Assembly (NCBI GenBank): GCA_964035545.1
Contig: OZ037766.1
Location: 31,920,773 to 31,984,772, forward strand
DNA length: 64,000 nucleotides
Reading direction: 5' to 3'
Source of the DNA: Bugula neritina
Taxonomy: Eukaryota > Animalia > Bryozoa
The notes below the pieces were generated by a model. It was not told the origin of the DNA. It worked only from the letters and a program-made list of their open reading frames with translations, and did not search any database. Below, one piece after another: positions 1 through 13,600 of this stretch (position 1 is the stretch's first letter; each line of letters begins with the position of its first letter). A program made the translations under genes and the position numbers.

Positions 1-65
1 TATAGCGTCTCTTTGTTCATGTCACATCCGTCTGCTTGTGAAGACGTTACGTCTGCTGTGTGTAG

Positions 66-3000
66 GTCTCACCCTCGCTGACCACATCACGCTGACTAGG
101 TACTATAGGCAGCGTAGGCCTACGTACTCCTTGCATCCTGCACACATTGTTACTGTGCTGAAACAGCAAACAGAGGCAATTCAACATCTTCAGATATGTA
201 ATGTCTTTCACTGTGATTTCAAGCCTGAGAATGTTCTATATAACGAGTAAGTACAGTAGTGTAAGTACAGTAGTGTAAGTACAGTAGTTAGTAGAGTAAG
301 TATAGTAGTATAAGTATAGTAGTGTACGTACAGTAGTTAGTAGAGTAAGTACAGTAGATGGTAGAGTAAGTACAGTAGTGTAAGTATAGTAGTTAGTAGA
401 GTAAGTACAGTAGTTAGTAGAGTAAGTATAGTAGATAGTAGTGTAAGTACAGTAGTGTAAGTACAGTAGTTAGTAGTGTAAGTACAATAGTGTAAGTATA
501 GTAGATAGTAGAGTAAGTACAGTAGTGTAAGTACAGTAGTTAGTAGAGTAAGTACAGTAGTGTAAGTACAGTAGATAGTAGAGTAAGTACAGTAGAGTAA
601 GTACGGTAGTGTAAGTACAGTAGTGTAAGTACAGTAGTTAGTAGAGTAAGTACAGTAGTTAGTAGAGTAAGTACAGTAGTTAGTAGAGTAAGTACAGTAG
701 TTAGTAGTGTAAGTACAGTAGTTAGTAGAGTAAGTACAGTAGAGTAAGTACAGTAGTTAGTAGAGTAAGTACAGCAAGTAATCTACCTAACATGTATGAT
801 GGTGTTGTTGTTAGCAAACGGCGCCAGTCAAAGTTGATAGACTTTGGAATGGCTGTCTTTGGAAATCGAGCAAATGAGATATTCAAAAGTCAGGGAGGCA
901 CCACAGAGTTTATGGCACCTGAGGTAAGTGTACACACCTGAGATAAGTGAATACACCTGAGATAAGTGAATACACCTGAGACAAGTGAATACACCTGAAG
1001 TAAGTGTACACACCTGAGACAAGTGAATACACCTGAGGTGAGTGAACACATCTGAGGTAGGTGAATACACCTGAGGTAAGTATATACACCTGAGGTAGGT
1101 GAATACACCTGAGATAAGTGTACACACCTGAGGTAAGTAGATACACCTGAGGTAAGTAGATACACCTGAGGTAAGTGAATACAGAATCTGTTGCACTTCC
1201 CTATATCACATTGCGAACAAATAGAATTCTTTGGGTTATACAGAATTTTGAAGTAGAGTTGTTAGTATTCTAGAATCTAGAATTTGTTTTTAGACTTTAT
1301 TGGACGGGGAGTTGATGGTGGGCACCGACTTGTTTGGTCTCGGTGCGGCATTACATCACGTGATGACACTGGAGCTACCGTGGCATTCTCTGGAAAATAT
1401 CCAGGCATTGAATGCTGAGGTGTTGGACGCCAACAGCCCAAATATTGCCAATCTTAAAGCTCAGCGAAGGTCTAAAAGAAGGCACTTCATAAAAGCGGAA
1501 GTAATACAATATATAGCGCAAATATTTTTGTGAATAGTAGTTCCCAGCAGCATAATTATAGATAACTTTATGTTAGGCATTGACATTGACCTTGACATGG
1601 GGCGTTAGCTCTGCACTTTTTTCGTGGCTGCATTACCTCTTCAAACTTGCAAATATTTGTTTTCTTAATTGTCTTTTGAAACTTTCTCGTTTATACCCTT
1701 TTCTAATATTTAGATCTCGAGATATCGAAGGTCACTTCCCCCGGAGGAAGAGGAAATAGAGGACATCGAGAATGATGAGCCGCGATTCCTCGTCATACAG
1801 GAAGAGCTCATGTGTATTGAAAGCTACGAGTTTCCTCTGAAAGACATTATATGCAAGATGTTACGACACAATCCCAGACTTAGACCTGATTGCGAGGACA
1901 TACTGAAGTACATTGAGGATAACTATACAGGGGCCCCCGCTATTGAGCACCAGATCAGCGAGATGTCCATGAGTTCTCAGTCTTCTAGAGGGACATTGGC
2001 AGGAGATTCTTCTACAGCTAATGAGGCCAACGAGGAGCAAGAGGAGATGATGTCTGCTCAGTCAGCTAACAACATACCCATATTTCTCACTGGTAGGACC
2101 TCCGTTACTTTGACTCATAACGTTATGTTTGCTGCTCATGTCATTTTAGCAGCTAATTACCATATATTGTCGTTTGAAGCGTAGAAAATGGAAAGTTTCG
2201 TTGTTTAACTATTTCTACTCTTATTCTCAAATATTTTCTTAACCATAATTGTTTTTAACCATTGCAGCTTCTCTTCAGGTCGCATACGGTTTGGTGTTAC
2301 TAATCAGCACTCGTTTTTTAGGGTCCAGCGTACAGGAAATGCATACCAACTCTGCACCTGATCGCCCATCGGAACTGCAGCCCAACTTCAGCATGTTGAA
2401 CAAGATCAGCTCATACATCGATCAGCCATCAGATGCCCGGCAGCAGCTGGCATACCCGAGCACTGAGATGATGTCCGTCACACAATCTGGTTAGTTCTCT
2501 TCATTCTTACAGCATTGCTTCTATCACATTCACTTGTGCATTATATGAGTAACTTTATATGCTGCAATTTATTTTACTATTTGATGTATAGTTTAAACTG
2601 TCGATGAAATTTGTGTTTTAGGCATGGAGCCCACCGACAGCGCGTGTAAGTTCTAACACTGATTTCTCTTTCATTTCTCGTCTCCCTATTTACTGCTCGC
2701 AGCAGTATTTACCCCATTAACCGTTACTGTTATGCTTTAAGTTACCAGTTACTACCTCTATCTGCTTTATAATCTAAATGTAATTTTTAGTAAATAAATT
2801 AGGTGATGCTTGCATTATGAATAATGATACTGTCTGTAATCTAACCATAGTCTATGTTCGACCTTGACATCTAGCAGTGACAATGAAGTTGTTTTGTGTT
2901 GGCAGACGACGACCCGACGGGTATGTCAGCATACGTGGCAGGAAATCAGGCTAATGAGTCATCTTCACACTTCTCTATGCCCCACTCAGACAACTTTTCT

Positions 3001-3660
3001 ATGCCGCGTTCAGACAACTTCTCTATGCCACACTCAGACAACTTCTCTATGCCGCGTGTTGCGGAAGATGGAGCAAGTGGCTCTACTCCATCATCACTTA
3101 GTGAGTCCATCTCCCGCTGACGTAATTCTATTGTCAGCGTATTTGCTTCTGGTTTCAATAACGTATCATCTGCCAGGTTAAGGTTAATTTTGGTTCATTA
3201 AAATTTCAATGAAGGTTTTCACAAATCACATTTCTACTTATTGCAGTTTTGTGACTATTGAGAAAATGTGTTTGTATATATAGAACATATTATATTACTG
3301 GTGGATTGTCAAAATCTTTTTTTTATTTACCAGTGCAATGCTTTTCTAAACAAGTTTGTTCTAGTTTCAGGAATTGTCGTTTGTTTGTTTGTCGTCTGCA
3401 GTGGTGGTGGAGGAATTTAGTTGAACTACAGTTAGAATATTCAAGTTTACTTTGATTCTGATTCCATTTTATTCGTTTATTTATCAGCTGAGAAATTTGT
3501 ATTTCTGATGCTTGCTCTCACTCGTGTGTTGTTAGACGGATTACGTCCGGCCGGAGCTGGACCCCCAAATTTGATGTCCAAGTCTACCTCTCAGTTGTCT
3601 CCCACTGCTGCATTCAGGTCAAGAATTCCTCTTGAAGATGACAATGAAGATGACTTGTAG
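66..3660 (+). CDS. Divergent Ser/Thr protein kinase, paralog A (5'-partial, spliced)
   Basis: Exons 66-246 (…FHCDFKPENVLY), 815-923 (KLIDFGMA…GGTTEFMAPE), 1294-1500 (DLFGLGAALHHVMT…PW), 1714-2092 (KMLRHNPRLRPDCEDIL), 2322-2489, 2622-2645, 2906-3100, 3536-3660 (…EDDNEDDL*). All are GT-AG and phase-compatible. Kinase subdomains VI-XI plus a low-complexity tail; the N-lobe lies upstream of the window. Confidence 0.88.
247..775 (+). repeat. Intronic minisatellite (14/21-bp units, gtaagtacagtagt / gtaagtacagtagttagtaga) starting at the 5' splice site
   Basis: The array begins exactly at the donor GA|GTAAGT of the kinase A catalytic-loop exon. Confidence 0.95.
916..1183 (+). repeat. 19-bp minisatellite spanning the exon/intron junction (cacctgag|gtaagtgaata), ~13.5 copies
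   Basis: The unit includes 8 exonic nt of the APE codons plus the donor. Confidence 0.95.
2971..3057 (+). repeat. Coding 24-bp tandem repeat (FSMP[H/R]SDN, ~3.6 copies) in kinase A tail
   Basis: ttctctatgccccactcagacaac-like units in frame within exon 2906-3100. Confidence 0.85.
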
Positions 3661-5491
3661 TCTGTGAGTAAGTACGTTGTTAAACTGTAGATGTCAATGT
3701 GAAGATTTCACTTACAGTGTATTGTTGTAGTTGACTGCAAAGTATAATTTATTTCAGACTAACAGAGCTGCAGACGGCAATATCACGGATCTGTCACGTC
3801 TATCAGCCTAATTCTCTATTCTATAGACTCGAATAAACAAACTGAACATGTCACTGCTTAGCCTTAGCTGTTTCCTGGCCGAATGAGCAGTTTCTATCAT
3901 TCCCATTAATCACTCTACCCTAGAATGTTTAATTTTGCTTTCTTGATGGAATCCCTGTCAGGAGGCAACTACTCCTAAAGTCTGCTTCATTTTTTTACTT
4001 TTATGATTATTGAACTTACATTCGTTATCATTTATTTTAATATCGATACTCTTTTTTTATTTCAATATTCATAATAATTCAATCAAATTAAATTAAAATA
4101 GCATATTTTATATAGAGTATATTCCATTATTCTGTAAAACTTATCCCAATCACTTAGAATTTGAATAATTCGAGTTTAGTGCACGAGTAGATACAATATG
4201 TGTAATGCTAGTGGTAGATTATAGAAATTCTAATTGCTTACTGTGATTATAAGCTTAATCAAAATCTTTTCCGTATATTTACATATCTTTTATAGATTAG
4301 TTGTACAAATATTTTTATCAAGTAGTATATTTTCTATTTTTACATTATGTATTTGATGTAGATGTATTACAATGCACGCCTTTAATTAACATTGTATTGT
4401 TTCACAGTATAAAATTGCAAATATCGTGCCATTTCCATAAATTCAAATGTTATGGTTTTCTCTTGTACATAAATAATATATAACTATAATACAATAAATA
4501 TCTATAATTGATAAAATTGCATGTAATAATGTCTGTAGTATATCGCTATATGTAGTATCAAGTACACACTCACACTCCTACACACACGCGCACACACACC
4601 ACCAACACCACCACCACAGTATGTACATAATAAATATTGAGTGAAAGATATACTATATTGTTTAACTTATGACTGGCGAGTTTCAATCTGGCGAAAGTTA
4701 TAATAGCTTCTGGATTGGAATCAATTACAATGTTTTCCATGTTGTGCAGCACAGAGGCTGGCAATAAGGGGATTGCAGTTTGTGTAAACACACTGCTCTA
4801 TGTTCATGCCTATGAATACTTACTGCCCTAATACAAGTTTAAATACTGTGTAGTTGACATAGAAATAGAAATTACTAGAAATCAAAATAAAAAACTTGGA
4901 AATGCAAGTTTCATGTTATTAATTTTTCTAACCTTTCAATCATGTGCACTGCTGTCTTTTTCAAAAAGAATACGTTAAGTATTTAAATTATAAGTTGAAT
5001 TGATATATTAAGTGCCAAAATCATTACATACCAGCTTCTTCTTAATTCCTTTTGCGCGTGGATTGTTTGTATTGCGAAATATATAAATACCTAGTAAAAC
5101 ACAGATTCATACGATTGACAATAATATTATGAGTGTCAGATTGTATATTAAAATAATTGCAGGGACATACATAAGCAGACAGCTTATCCAAGTAAACTCA
5201 GTATACAGCATTGCCCATACAAGTGTAGATATTACTGTAATAGATTTCATATTTCTAGTCATACACACCTAAGTTTTGAAAAAAAATTTGTGATGCTCGT
5301 GCTTAAAAGGAAAGAATCACCAAAAGATGGTTGGATGGAATTGTGCCTGGCATAAATTAAGAGACAACTATACGTAGTTGTAGATTTTCACCTGATGACT
5401 CTGATTGCATGTATTAATATGTATTATATTTCTTAATATTATTATAAGCAGATGTCAAGACTTGAGGCACGACTTGTAATCTATAAGGTGT

Positions 5492-5493
<2 letters not shown>

Positions 5494-5574
<81 letters not shown>
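5494..5574. repeat. (AT)n microsatellite
   Basis: Pure AT run. Confidence 0.95.
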
Positions 5575-5580
<6 letters not shown>

Positions 5581-5728
5581 GTGTATAGTTAACCACTAAA
5601 AAGAGCTTAATGCAGAGCAAAGTGAATAAAAGTAATGAACGATAAAATTTGATTTAGAACACTTTATTACTAATAGTTTCATGTGCATTGTATATACACA
5701 ATCTTCAAATAAAATGTTAAGATGCTAA

Positions 5729-5822
5729 GAGGTTAAGAGATACTAAGTAGTGAATAGAAGTGGTCTATGGTGTGTATAAGCCTATATACATGTTTAATGT
5801 GTGTTTGTGTGTTTGTGTGTTT

Positions 5823-5885
<63 letters not shown>

Positions 5886-5887
5886 GG

Positions 5888-5982
<95 letters not shown>

Positions 5983-6071
5983 GTATGTATATATATATAT
6001 ATATATATAGGCCTATACTGTTATACACACCATAGACCACTTCTATTTACTACTTAGTATCTCTTAGCCTC
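5729..6071. mobile_element. Foldback/MITE-like element: 51-bp inverted arms enclosing (GT)n and (AT)n
   Basis: 5729-5779 and the reverse complement of 6021-6071 differ at about 2 positions; no clear TSD. Confidence 0.55.
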
Positions 6072-6289
6072 AAAAGTATTTTTAGGAGTTATTTTCTATT
6101 TTATATATCGAGCATCAAAACAATATTACGAAAATGTTACTTGCGAGCAATAAGAAAGCCCAAATAAACTCGGCACATGTGTGCACAAAATCAATTAAAA
6201 AACGAATTTTTCGAGCCTACAATCCCAAAATAGCGGGTAGAATGTTTTCATACTCATACGCGAAATGTGTCATAGATTTTCATTAAAGC

Positions 6290-6480
6290 TCCCACCCAAT
6301 AGGTACTCCATTCTCACAAAATGGGCGGAGGGCTTGGTTGCATGACGACAGCCAATAACCATTACCATGTGATCTAACAAATTTCCCCATTACAAGGAAG
6401 TTTTGCATCAGTAGAACTATATTACTCACTCTCAGTGTCGTATAGATCAAGCTCTACATACAATTACATCATCATTATGT
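6290..6480 (+). promoter_or_regulatory. Possible promoter / first non-coding exon of kinase B
   Basis: CCAAT at ~6296 and ~6352, GC box GGGCGGAG at ~6323, donor-like AT|GTAAGT at ~6479, about 1.1 kb upstream of the first coding exon. Confidence 0.35.
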
Positions 6481-7618
6481 AAGTCAGGCATCAACTGATG
6501 TAATTTTCAGCCTATAGTAATAGTTTAATAAACTAAAACGTTTCAAACAGGAAGTAACCTGTACTGCCATTGGTGTATAACTATAACTATATTTATAAGG
6601 AAGATCCTTGTGGCCAGTGGCAATAGAGGTACTCCAAGTTATACTCATAGTCATACTCATTGTCATACCAATAGAGTGACAGTGATAGTTATACTGATAC
6701 TCATATTTATATTGATATTCAAAATGAAAGTCATATGATAATCACAGTGACAGTCATAGTAGCTGCTGGCTCGCTAGATTTATCACTATGAGTATGATAA
6801 GTTAAATATAATAAATAATAATATTTATTATTTCGATGATTATTATCACTTACATTGTTAATTATAAATTAACTGATAGTGATAGGTTACTTTAGTATCT
6901 CTATTGGTTATATTATATTACAGCTATAGTATTCCTATAACTATAAGTATTACTATTAATCGATTACAATCAATAAATAATATTACTAGTAATAGTATTG
7001 CATTTAATGATTTATTGTTAACTTAAACTTGGGTCACAAATTCAAATTGAAATTGAAAAGATATCAGTATTAGTATGGTATTAAATCCAATATGAAAGTT
7101 AGTAGTTAAAGTTAGAAGTATTACTGTTAGATATGCATTACTAATAATGTTCCTTTTAAGATTATTATTTATTACTATTATCATTATGATTAGTTATCAT
7201 CAGTAGACTATTAGGGTGTCTAGTAAAAATGGCACAGATAATAATGGCACAAATAATAATGGCACAGATAACAATGGCACAGGCAATAATGAATATAGAA
7301 TTAATAGAATATTAAATATGCTAGTTTTACTGTGTTTTTATCTAGCTTTTACTTGTTCACAGCGTTTATTTATCAGAACATCAAAATAATTCTAAAGCTT
7401 TTTATTTATTTTCTCTGCCTTACCATCTTAAAGCTTTGTTTATCTATAGTGTATTACTGCTGTCTAAGATAAAATTTGTCTGTCAACTCCTTACCTGTTT
7501 ATGTAAACGGAAAAGCCATAATTTTATTTGCCTAAAATAAAAGGTTATTTGAAATTTAAGAAAATTTTCTCAATATGTTTAGGGGATTATCAGAGGAACT
7601 GATTATAGTGAAGTCAGA

Positions 7619-10600
7619 ATGGAAGATATAGAACAACCCCCTGCAAAGGTAGCGGCACACTATTCATAGTTGGACATTAACTGCTTGTTAGAAACTATTT
7701 TGTTAGCCAGTGTAACAAGTTGAATGAATAATTAAAGTCTTTGTTGCTGATGTAGGTGTTCATTCTCACTTGTTGATTGAGCATATATACTGACAGATAT
7801 ACTGACTTATTATGCCACAAATAAATACACTGAACCTTTACCCCAAGTCTTATCTTGTAATTTTGGTAGCGAATTCGTGGTATGGCCAGTAAATCAGCAA
7901 GACAAATAGGCTCTCGTAATATTCCTCGGCAGAATGGTGAGACTCAAGATACACGCGTAAGTGTGCTAATGATAATCCTACTTGTTCACATTGCAGCTGA
8001 TAAAAAAATTCCATAGCACTGTGATTGTTCTGGTTACCAAAGTGGCTGGTGAATACATCTGTCTATCTAATTTCTTTTTAGCCCAGGCGCCATCCTCATC
8101 GCCGTTTCCCAGTATTAGAGAGGGCTGAGCTTGTTGCAATGAAAGTAAATATATCAATGGGTTGTTTTATTAATGATTTATATACACATTTTGTTATATA
8201 ATATTTATCAATGCTTTATATGTGCATTCTGTTATATATTCAGCAATGCTTTATACTTACATTCTGTTATATATTTAGCAATGCTTTATATATACATTTT
8301 GTTGGATATTTCAAAACACTTTCTGCCTGTGATTTGTTTTTACCTGAAACAAGTTGTTTCCAAATTGCAGCGGAGGAGTGATCAGCACTTAGAAGAACAG
8401 AGAGAACTTCTGGATTTGCTACAAGAGGAGGGTGCAATTCGAGCTAAAGACGTCAGTATATGAACTGGTTTTGTTTGGCCTGCTATACGAGTCACTCAAC
8501 TTCTAACCTGCTATATGCGTGTCACTTAACTTCTAACCTGCTATACATGTCACTTTACTTCTAACCTGCTATATGCGTGTCACTTTACTTGTAACCTGCT
8601 AAATGTGTCACTTTATAACCAACCTCCTATACATGTCACTTTACTTATAACCTGCTATAAGTGTCACTTTACTTCTAGCCTGCTATGCATGTCACTTTAC
8701 TTGTAACCTGCTAAATGCGTCACTTTATAACTAACCTGTTATACATGTCACTACTTATAACCTGCTATACGTGTCACTTTATAACTAACCTGCTATACAT
8801 GTCACTTTACTTATAACCTGCTATAAGTGTCACTTTACTTCTAGCCTGCTATGCATGTCACTTTACTTGTAACCTGCTAAATGTGTCACTTTATAACTAA
8901 CCTGCTATACATGTCACTACTTATAACCTGCTATACATGTCACTTTAGATGGACGAGTACAAAAGTGTCGAGTATAACATAATGATGCGAGCTCCAGGTG
9001 ACAGCATTGCAGTTCCAGCTACAGAAGGCAGAGAGCCGGTTAAGGTTAGTGTTTCAATATAAACACATTCTGCTAAAGGAGTTGTTTGGTGGAAAATTGA
9101 AACTAAGAAGTAGTTATTCACTGAAGGTTTTTGTATAATTTATAATGACTTTGTTCAGTAAACACTGGCATGATTGGAGATTTGCCCAATTTCATTTTGA
9201 CATAAATTTGTATGCACTGTTTAAGGAAATAAGAAACTTTCATACATAAAGCCTAAGTTATGTTAGACTTAAATAGCTCCTTCTCTCTAGGTTTCAATAT
9301 TATTTCTACTACAAGCCATATTTTATGTTGATAGAAACCTAATTTTATAGATAAATATTGATTCCTTGTCAGGCCCCTCAGGTTTAGCTAAATAGGTGTT
9401 CAGACAAAGGTACTTCCATGCTGAGTGTGTCTGGTATTTGCTATGGCATTGTTGAGAGCCTTAGCTGTAACCCTGCAGTATTTTATTGAAAGGTTAGACA
9501 AACCTAGAAGCTGAAATAAAACAAGTAAAGAACATTCATTATTGTTTACTAGGGAGCTAGAAGTGTGCAAAACATTTACGTAGATAGACTTCTGGGCAGT
9601 GGTGGATTTGGCACTGCGTACAAAGCAGAACTCTCTCGTGGTGGTGGAAAGGCACTCGTCCCAATTTGTCTTAAAAGAGTAAGTCTCTTTAGGATTTGTT
9701 TCCACTTGTGATATTGAGGAAAAGTGTGCTGGTGGTGTGTATGAAGTTGGCATAGAGACATTTCAGTGAAGTGTAAAATAATCTAATCAATAGCAATTAT
9801 TGTAAGCATGTAGTTGGTTGACCAAACAGTGATGGTGCTGTCGGATAATCATTTCTCTTGCCTAACTGAGTCATCTATACTGCAAAAACAAATTACCGTT
9901 TCAACCTTATTTCTTATAAAGCGTTTAGCTAAACTAAAACTTGATCAGCTTACCTATGGTTGTTTAGAATCCCCAGTGTTTTATTGAGTGTGTGAGGTCC
10001 TTTAATGTTTGTGTGAACATAATGGAAAGCTTACTGCTGTTATTTATATCTTACACAAGTATAAACTTTCTAATTGGAGTTGTTGTCATACAGTTTATGA
10101 GTATGTGGTGATGTGTCTTTGAACCTGATCATAACATCTGTACTCGCTGCAGGCTAAAAATCGAGGATGGAAAGCTTTGACCAAGGAGAACGACATATTC
10201 AGTGATCTCTTCGCTCACCAACATTCGCACATCATAGACCGCCTCTTCCTCTGTCAATCTTCCAAGGACATCTTTCTGGGTCTGGAATATTTTGATGGTA
10301 ACACAGCATCTAATTATATACTTTACAACAAACTTCGTATTTACTAAGTCCTTGTGAAAGTTTCAATAGACCCTTTTCCAATATCAACGAGATCCTTCTT
10401 ACAATTAAGAGTTGTGTCCTTCTAACATGAAAAATGCTGAAGAAATTGTGCTTGAATGTATTTTTGTGGTTTTGGTTGTTGAGCAATGCTAAAATGGTAA
10501 CTATGATTAAGACGTCCCATGCGTGTGTGTGTGTGTGTGTGTGGCAAAGTGTGTCTAGGGAGTAAGACCGTGTTAACAGCAGAATCTGACCAAAGAGTTG

Positions 10601-13600
10601 AAAGGTAAACAGCTAAAAATTGAACATGACAGCCAGCATAACAAATGATTAACGGGACTTATAGCATGGTGACCGATTCAGCTTGCTCAGTAATCAAAAC
10701 CACAAACATACTTTGAAGTTCATTTTTCTCAAAGTTTCTTTTAAAAATTCTTTGGAACTGCTAATATGTGTGCTTAGGTCAAAATATTTATCTCAGAAAA
10801 GAAGAAACTTATGCTAGCAATTGTCCTCACACAAACCTTAACTTTCTACTAATTTTACGTGTTTTCTCTCAATCATAGAAGTTCTCTATGTACCTGTGGG
10901 AGGAGACAACTCCAAAATATAAATTCCTTTGTGAAAAGTTCACAATACTTGAATCTACCTTTATTGTATTTATATTAATTCAAATGCTTTCCTTTTATTA
11001 GGCAAAGTATGCTTCATCATCGTTAGATAGTTGGGTTTTTTTCACCAGTCAGTTTCTGTTGCAGACAAACAACTTTCTAGCTAACATTTTCAAAGTTAAA
11101 TCTTTCATCATTCACTTCCACAGTGGCTCTGGTTTGCTGGAGTTGAGTGTCTGTGCGCTTTGAGCCGATCAAATCAAAATACACTGTATACAAGTAGTCC
11201 TTGATTTTACTCTCATGAGCATTTGTATCATTTTGTATTCTGCATAAGTGTTAGCTTAGAGCACTGCAGAAGGATTTAAGCTGTTTTTATTTTTTTACGT
11301 TTTCATAGACTAAAATTGGTTGCACTTTATTGGTCAGTACATCTTTTTGATATTATAGCAAGTCTGTAATATGTTTGGTGACTATATTGTAATAATCAGA
11401 ATGCAAGTTGGAATTTAGATTAGATGATATTGAGTTTACTACACAAGGAGTATCTGTCACACCCGTCAGGAACTAGCAAATTATGTCTGTTGTAGGTTTG
11501 TCTTTGAGAACTGTGATAAAGGCACTCAATGAGTCTCAATCTAGTATAAAAGTGAAGCACTTGCTTAAAATACTTCAACAACAGACTGACGCTATACACC
11601 ATCTTCAAAAGATCGCCATCTTCCACTGTGATATTAAACCTGATAACATCCTGTACAGCGAGTTAGTTGCTTAACTGAATCATATTTGAGTCTAACTCAT
11701 CACACCATTGGTGTTTGCTTCATGGCATTTTGGTACTTATTGGTAATTAACACTAACCAGTTTGCACTTGGACCTTTGGTTTATAGAAATTTGTTGGTGG
11801 TAATTTCAGGGCGACTCAGATGTCTAAACTGATTGACTTTGGTTTAGCTGTTTACAAATGTGCTCCCGGAGAGATATTCAAACATGGCGGAGGTACCACA
11901 GACTACATGGCTCCGGAGGTGCTAGACTTATTGGATATCTTTCTAAAAGTTGCTTTAGAAACTTTACTTGAGTTATAGGCTTTAGATGCTTGCCTTGAAT
12001 TTTTAATAGAAAAATTTGTTTGAAGCCTCTATTCTTGTGAGAACCTCTGATTGAATCAGACTAAGAACTGTGTCTCTTACCATATTGGCAACATAGGATG
12101 AGGACTTTACTGCCATGTTCTAATCGGGTGTTGGGTTTTGGATACATAGTAGGGGAACTTTTAATACATGTGGCACTCAACATTCTAATACCCAACTATT
12201 TTATATTTTATGCAGAGGATTGTGGACTCAGATCTACAGGAAGGCTCTGATCTCTTTGGGTTGGGGGCCACACTCCATCACGTAGTCACCTTATCGCCAC
12301 CGTGGGACTCTGTGAAAGATGTCCAGGCAGCTCGCAAAATGAAAATTGAAAAGCAGGAGAGAAGAAAAAAAGTACAAGCAGCTATTAAAAAGGAGGTATA
12401 CTGACTTATCTTATTATAAAGTGTTTCGAGAATTCCAAATTATATGGGTTTTGTAGTATAATGTTGTTTACAATTGCTGAGTTATTTATATACCTAACAG
12501 TAATATGCTATTAATACATATGTCGTAGATTTGTGATTCATTCCTATGTTATATATATATACCTTACACTTATGATCAGCAGCAGTTCTTTCTATGCTGT
12601 CAAGCTGTATACTTTATACCTTACAATAATAAACATCACGATACATTATTCCAATGGTCTCATCTTAATTATTACCCACGCAAACGTACAACAAACAAGA
12701 AACATTACATGGTGTCAGAAGTGTGTGACCTGAAAGAAGAATAATGGCTACCAGAGCACCTTCATCATTTGACTTCACTAACCCAAGTGGATGGGGTGAG
12801 TGGATACGAAGATATAGCAGATATCACAATGTAACAAAAATGTCAAAAGAAGCTGACGACTTACAAATAGACAGTCTATTATATACGATGGGAGAAGCAG
12901 CCGAGGACATTTTTATACAGCTACCACTCACAAATGATGACAGAAAGAAATATGATAAGGTAAAGGAAGCATTTGACACATATTTCAAACCTAGGACAAA
13001 CAAGGCACATCACATTGTGCAGTTCAATGGAAGAACTCAGGAACCTAATGAAAACAATGAGGAGTATATCAGGGCACTATACTCTTTAGCACAACATTGC
13101 GAATTTGGCAATGCGGTAAATGATAACATTAAATATAGATTGCTGACAGGGATGAAAGACAAGGCTCTGTCAATTGAGCTACAGCAACTGACAGAAGATC
13201 AGTTAACGCTAGAAAACGTAACACAACGCATGAGAGCCAAGGAGATAATACAGAGAAACCTTGCGAGTGCTGCACCAGAGCAACCAGCAGATGTAGATGC
13301 AATAAGGAAAAGAGATTACTCAAACAATTTTCAGCCAAAAAAACATACAATGGATATTATTAACAACTGCCATAGCTGCGGATCTAGTCACAGAAGGAGA
13401 CACTGCCCAGCGTATGGAAAATCCTGTAACAAATGTGGTAAATTTAATCACTTTGCTAAGGTATGTAGATCTAAGGCTATAACGAAATCTACAACTAATG
13501 CTGTACAAGTACCAGATGCTACTACAGATGTCAATGAGGAACCATGCATGCTTAATGTAGGATTATGTAGCAATGTTAAGCTTAATGCATGCAATTCTTC

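Noticed and set aside
247-1183. Regular repeats resembling a CRISPR array
   Set aside because: Eukaryotic intron, no unique spacers, no cas genes.
828-1196. Three overlapping minus-strand ORFs
   Set aside because: Translations of the 19-bp intronic minisatellite; no protein features.
5414-6040. YIYI/CVCV/THTH ORFs
   Set aside because: Dinucleotide microsatellite read-through.
7215-7295. ataatggcac tandem motif, possibly a transposon end
   Set aside because: No matching opposite end or TSD found in the window.
12533-12733. Duplicated 66-68 aa ORF (also at 16957-17163)
   Set aside because: Incidental ORF within the two LTR copies.
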